DNA from: Eledone cirrhosa
Taxonomy: Eukaryota
Direction: 5' to 3'
Length of the DNA: 64,000 bases
Assembly: GCA_964016885.1 (NCBI GenBank)
Contig: OZ024740.1
Location: 200,880,001-200,944,000 of the forward strand
Shown here: piece after piece, positions 57,772 through 64,000 of the stretch
Layout: each line of letters begins with the position of its first letter
Position numbering within the stretch: the first letter of the stretch is position 1
The notes under the pieces: generated by a model
What the model saw: only the letters and a program-made list of their open reading frames with translations
The model's database searches: none
What the model was told of the DNA's origin: nothing
Made by a program: the position numbers and the translations under genes

Positions 57772-59908
57772 TTTTTCAATGTTTGTACACATAATTGCCC
57801 TCCTTTCCAACGCAAGAGACATACAGATACATATATATATATATTGATGTACAGTGGAGTGACATATATTATACTATATTATTTCTGTATAGCAATTCAA
57901 ATTCAAAATCAAATCAAAATTAAAATTAAAACAAAATTAAAACAAAATTAAAATACATTCGTCAGTTAACACAGATAATGCAAGATGATAGTTTGTAAGT
58001 CAGATGTAGTAGTTAGTGTATGCGTTAGTTACACGTGAAGCATGCAAGTGTGTCCCATTTATATATGATTATTGTGTGGCAGGGTGTTACATGTAATACA
58101 AGCACTTTAAGCGGGTAAGTAAGAGTATTATGGTGGTTGTAGTGGTAAGGTATTTTTTTGTATATAATAAAAAAGTATGTGTGCAGAAAAATAAAAATAA
58201 AAAGGAGAAGCAAAAGAAAGTTATGGTTTTCGTATCCACCACAATTTTCACCTTCAGGAAAAGTAATACATAGTTTTTACATCCATCACATAAGTAACGA
58301 TGATTCCGTATTGGATGTTTGATGCATTAAATTAAATTATTTTAGCTTATTGTGGCTCAGTGTTATTTAATTCAAATTTATAGAATAGGTTGATTCTGCT
58401 GCGAGAATTGACAGTGGTTTATTATCCGAAAGTAAGTGTGTAATTAAGGGGAGTTAATGCGTAGGGGGAGGTAACTAGCTGATTTCCATAACTAAATTGA
58501 TTGTTCTAACATACATTATAAGGCGCCTCAATTGAGTCCCTTATATAGACGGTTATATATCTATATCCAGTTTCCAATTTTAAATACAGTCTACTCTATC
58601 ATGATGTACTAAAGCTATATTAGGATGATTACTCCCTATCATACAGTGCTACAACTGAATACTCCATACAAAGAGCCATATCTTTATATCAAAGTTCACT
58701 GCAAATGTAGTTTACTCTCAGAACATGTCAGGGGTCCTATTAGAATTATGTCTACCTACATAACCCCTGGTAAGTTCTGGAGCAGCGTATGGCTGTTTGC
58801 ACGGCAAAGCCAAATACATCTCTAGGGCAGACAAATACATTCCTCATTTACAATGTCATTAATCTATCCATCAAGTTATACTTGCATATATAACTCACAT
58901 ACTATTCATACATAATTCATTGCACTCAACATATAAGTTAGACAGATCTCTTATGTTAATAAATTAATCTTATATATGTCCAATGTTATCACTCCATACA
59001 TATAAATACAATTGCATATATAATTCATTGTCGAATCTGGTATTTAAAGCTTATATAGACTGTATTGTATCACTATATAATTATAAGTAATTGAAAGTAA
59101 TTATACTAAAAGTAGGTGTTTATGGGGATATTTCTAGGGTATAAAGTTATAGATAGATGGAATGATTTGTGTCGAGATAGGGTGGATCAGAGAGTGTGGA
59201 GTTGTGGTGTAAGGTGTGCCCTTGAGGTGTGGTGTTAGAAGTTCTGATGGGTTCAAGTCTGACATTGTAAATTCTCGCAACAGAATCAACCTATTCTATA
59301 AATTTGGATTAAATAACACTGAGCTAAAAATACGCTAAAATAATTTAATTTAATGCATCAAACATCCAATACGGAATCATCGTTACTTATGTGATGGATG
59401 TAAAAACTATGTATTACTTTTCCTGAAGGTGAAAATTGTGGTGGATACGAAAACCATAACTTTCTTTTGCTTCTCCTTTTTATTTTTATTTTTCTGCACA
59501 CATACTTTTTTATTATATACAAAAAAATACCTTACCACTACAACCACCATAATACTCTTACTTACCCGCTTAAAGTGCTTGTATTACATGTAACACCCTG
59601 CCACACAATAATCATATATAAATGGGACACATTTGCATGCTTCACGTGTAACTAACGCATACACTAACTACTACATCTGACTAACAAACTATCATCTTGC
59701 ATTATCTGTGTTAACTGACGAATGTATTTTAATTTTGTTTTAATTTTGTTTTAATTTTAATTTTGATTTGATTTTGAATTTGAATTGCTATACAGAAATA
59801 ATATAGTATAATATATGTCACTCCACTGTACATCAATATATATATATATGTATCTGTATGTCTCTTGCGTTGGAAAGGAGGGCAATTATGTGTACAAACA
59901 TTGAAAAA

Positions 59909-59955
59909 TGCTCCGAAGACCCCAAGCCTAGGTTTGGATGAAACAATTGTAAGTG
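59909..59955 (+). ncRNA. Minimal hammerhead motif, CCGANGA variant (H4)
   Basis: tgct-CCGAAGA-cc-ccaagc-ctag-gtttgg-at-GAAAC-aatt-GTA-agtg. Confidence 0.7.
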
Positions 59956-60151
59956 AATAAATGCTTTGAACATAGCTTTGATTCTTGTGAATTCTATATA
60001 ACTGCTCTGTAGAACAACTGATGTTATTACATTGAGCTATTTATCTTACTGGTAATAAGGTAGTAATAAATTACTGACCTTCACTGTTTAGGGTTTAAAA
60101 TATACATAACTATAAAAAGTTTTAGTATATACATAACCATAAATAGTATCC

Positions 60152-60218
<67 letters not shown>

Positions 60219-60376
60219 GTAAGTTAATTTTTAATTTTTAAAATTTTCTTATTTTACGACTTTCATATAATTGTTCTGCATCCTCCTGCATTGAACCACC
60301 TAGGTACTATCACATAACTTATGTATTTGCTAGCATTAGTGTACATCTGTACGCATATGTTGGTAAATATACTAAT

Positions 60377-60414
<38 letters not shown>

Positions 60415-60809
60415 ATTTAATTTTGGATATATATACGGCCCCTTAATTGTAGAGCTAACTCAGTTAAAAGGACTCGGCTGCTATTCACGCCACTGGGATG
60501 ACGCTGATCCGATATGTGTATTTTTTTAAAAATGCATCACGTGTTTCGAGTCATTCACAGATTTGCATTTACTGTGTAAACACAGATAGTTAAATCTTTT
60601 CCTTTGCTCAAAATTCAGGATTTGACTACTGTGATTTACCGATTAATGGTGAAATATATTTCTTTATTTAATGAAATATATACAAAGGAGATTAATCATT
60701 TTAAAAGTTATCTATATTTGAAGTTCTAGTTAAACTTTAATTGGTTACCTACCTAGCTGTGTGTGCTTACATACTTTACAAATTATTCCCTGTGATTTTT
60801 TCATATGTT

Positions 60810-60848
<39 letters not shown>

Positions 60849-63459
60849 AATCAATTTCTAGTTGATATAAATGGTCGGATCTATTCATTGGAATCTTTGA
60901 GCATATTCTACAGTGGATATTGCGTGTGTCTCTCAGACATGACCACCTTAATTTAATTTTGGGTATATATATATATATATATATATATAAAGGGCAGAGT
61001 GTTATTAGATTTATTTACGGTTTTCTTTTGTAACTCGTTACAAATTAAGTAGCTGTTTACTTCATGCCTTGCTAAGACTAACTTCTAATAATACAATATT
61101 GGCAGAATTCCTGCGTCGATAATTTCTTCCAGTCCCAGCTGGGTTTACTTGCCAATATCATATAATTTCTTATTATCTCTTTGATGGGGTTAGAAGAAAC
61201 TTGAATGAAGATTTAGGTCTTCTCCTTGAATTGTGGTTGATTTACTGTAGGAATAACTACATGACTCTGTTGTTGGACTTCCGAGGGTTCTGACGCGTGT
61301 ATCAGACAACAGCCTACTAGTGAAATCTCCGAATAAATGGTTGAGCAATCAAAAGACACATGCACAATTAACATAGTTCCCAAGACGTGGCGTAGCACAT
61401 TATAGAATATGGCTGGCCCTTTTGAATAACAGGTACAATTCATTTTCCCACCTAAGGGAATGGAATGACGCGAAGGAAAGAGTCTTGCTTAAGAATACAA
61501 TGCACCACCGGGTATCGACCTTATGATCATGGGCTGAAACCCCTAATAACTAAACAATATGTTCCCAAATGAACGAGTCAATATATGATAAATATATGAG
61601 TCGTGGCTCGAAATAGTATCTCCACGATTGTTGTAACTGCTTTGATAGTTGTAACAATTATTAGCATGACTGTGAAATACCTCTCAGAGGGAATTTTACA
61701 AGAAAGACTTAATCTAATGTAGTTTCTGCTTATAATGTTATATAAGAAGGTAATTTAGGATTGATGGCCAAAATAAATATCAGAAATTTTATGAAATTTT
61801 TTTTTATATAATTAGACAGGGCTGGAAGAAGAGAGCCCATAACTTTTGTCATGGTTTCAGCAACTGGCGTTGATTAGAGGCATCTTCAAACTGGAAACCG
61901 ACCTCAAATGCTTTCACCAGCGTGGATCACTCAATTGACAGATGGTGTTATTAAACCAAGTTACGTATTATATCTAGTAGGCTAGTGATCTGAGAGGTTT
62001 GTAAAGGTTTATTTGCCCTAGTAATACCAAGCTGCCGTTAGTTCTATGAAACCAAATCACTTATTTTAGAAAGTTCTTATTTGAATTAACATATTCAGAC
62101 ATAATTTAATATAAAAATCTTTTTCTACGTTATAGTACCAAAATAGTACAAAGAACTAGTATAGCCATCACCCGGAATCGAATATAACTTGGTAGTATGC
62201 ATCATGGTTTTATCTGAAGCTTTTCGGTCATGATGCAGTCACGAATAGACACTGACACTCTGCCGACACTCCCCGCTCCCCTTGATCCATCGGAACACCC
62301 AGCATATGACAGCTGGAAGTAAAGAAGGCTGCACTAGCATCAGGCTGGTACGTCTATGTCGACACCGAAAGAATGAAAGTTTAAGTGTACTTCGTTAGGA
62401 TTTGACTTCAGATCACCGAGACATAGAACAAATATCCAACGCCCTAAAAAATCTGTCAAATACCATCTTAATAATTAAATAATTTATTATTTCAATAAAT
62501 CCCTTCAAATGCTTTATTAACTAAGTCACGTACGGTGTATTTCATTAGAGGTATGGTAATAAAAGCGGTAAACTCCATCGAGGAACAGTAGTAAGAAATG
62601 AAAAGTGATTCTTTTTATTTTGGCTATTATTACATCTGTGCCTATGAAGCATAAAATACAACCTAAAGCCAAATTTTAAAAAAATAAATAAAACGCACGC
62701 ACACGCACACACATACATGTACACATACACACACATACACACACACACACACACGAAGCTAAGGATTGCTGTACACCTTGCCACCTATACAAATACCTCT
62801 ATAACTCTCAACTTTAATTATTCTCCAAACTATCTGTCTTATTGTAATACTATTTGACGTCCATTGCAAATCGTTAATCGATATAATTGATTTTGTTCCA
62901 ATAAATATTTTAAACAAGCAGATGTTTTGTTCAGCATCATTTCTTATATATTTTTCGTTTTATTTTATGGTATATTTTTCATTTAATTTTGTTTTATTTT
63001 ATTTTGCGTATGTGTGTATGTATGTTTATGTGTCTAGGTTTAGGCTGTATATAAATATATATATTTATTATGTATGTATGATGCGCATTAGGGACGTAAT
63101 TTGTGTGTGTATGTGTGTATGTGTGTGTGTGTGTGGGTGTGTGTGTGTGTGTATGAAGCTGAAAATGTGTTTATAATGCATATGGCGTGTTGTACAGGTA
63201 ATGGTTATGCATGGTTGTGTGTACGTGTGTATATAAATGTAATGCGTATCTGATTATGTGTTTGTATGTAGGTACGAAGATATATTTACATGTATGTGTG
63301 CATGTATGTAATAAATGCATGTATAAATGCATGTATATAAATAAGTGTGCGTGTGTGTATGTATGTATGTGTGTGTAAAGAGAGTGCAGCAAAGAGGGAG
63401 AGAGAGATGTATGTATACATAAATACATTCACATTCATTCATACCTGCATTTATTCATT

Positions 63460-63580
63460 CGTATGTATATATATATATATACATACATATATGTATGTAT
63501 ATATATATACATGTATATATATATATACATGTATATATGTATGTATATATATATATATGTGTGTATATACATATACATAA

Positions 63581-63611
<31 letters not shown>

Positions 63612-63665
63612 CATACATATATACATACATACATACATACATACATACATACATACATACATACA

Positions 63666-63700
<35 letters not shown>

Positions 63701-63938
63701 CTATATACATACATATATACATACATATATATATATATATATATACATATATACATACATACATATATATATATATACATACATATATATAGACACATAC
63801 ATATATATATATACATATATACATACATATATATTTATATATATATATATATATATATACATATATACATATATATATATACATATATACATACATACAT
63901 ACATACATACATACATACATAATACATACATACATACT

Positions 63939-64000
<62 letters not shown>
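63460..64000. repeat. (TA)n/(TACA)n microsatellite
   Basis: Directly visible. Confidence 0.95.

Larger units (their letters stand above)
57685..59995. repeat. ~725-bp near-perfect inverted repeat with an ~860-bp spacer (PLE-like, H4 family)
   Basis: 57685-58409 mirrors 59270-59995. Mirror ORFs 58025-58213(-) and 59467-59655(+). Confidence 0.95.

Overview
AT-rich, microsatellite-laden eukaryotic non-genic DNA. The tRNA-derived SINE families suggest an octopus-type cephalopod (inference). No host protein-coding gene is supportable; most ORF-track entries are translations of (TA)n, (TG)n or (TATG)n. The window is a nest of transposons: an uninterrupted Naiad-type Penelope-like element (RT + GIY-YIG, 9872-12052), a possibly intact R4/Dong-type RLE LINE (20860-24836), a decayed relative of it, a truncated Tx1/L1 element, RTE fragments and short RTE derivatives, a deleted Ty3/Gypsy element, mariner remnants and SINEs. 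The most notable signal is about 16 type-I minimal hammerhead ribozyme (HHR) motifs in about 8 sequence families, found by eye. Several sit at the outer ends of large inverted repeats, and the ~3.9-kb tandem unit at 1-9.8 kb carries HHRs of both polarities. All structures were paired by hand; no searches or folding were run.
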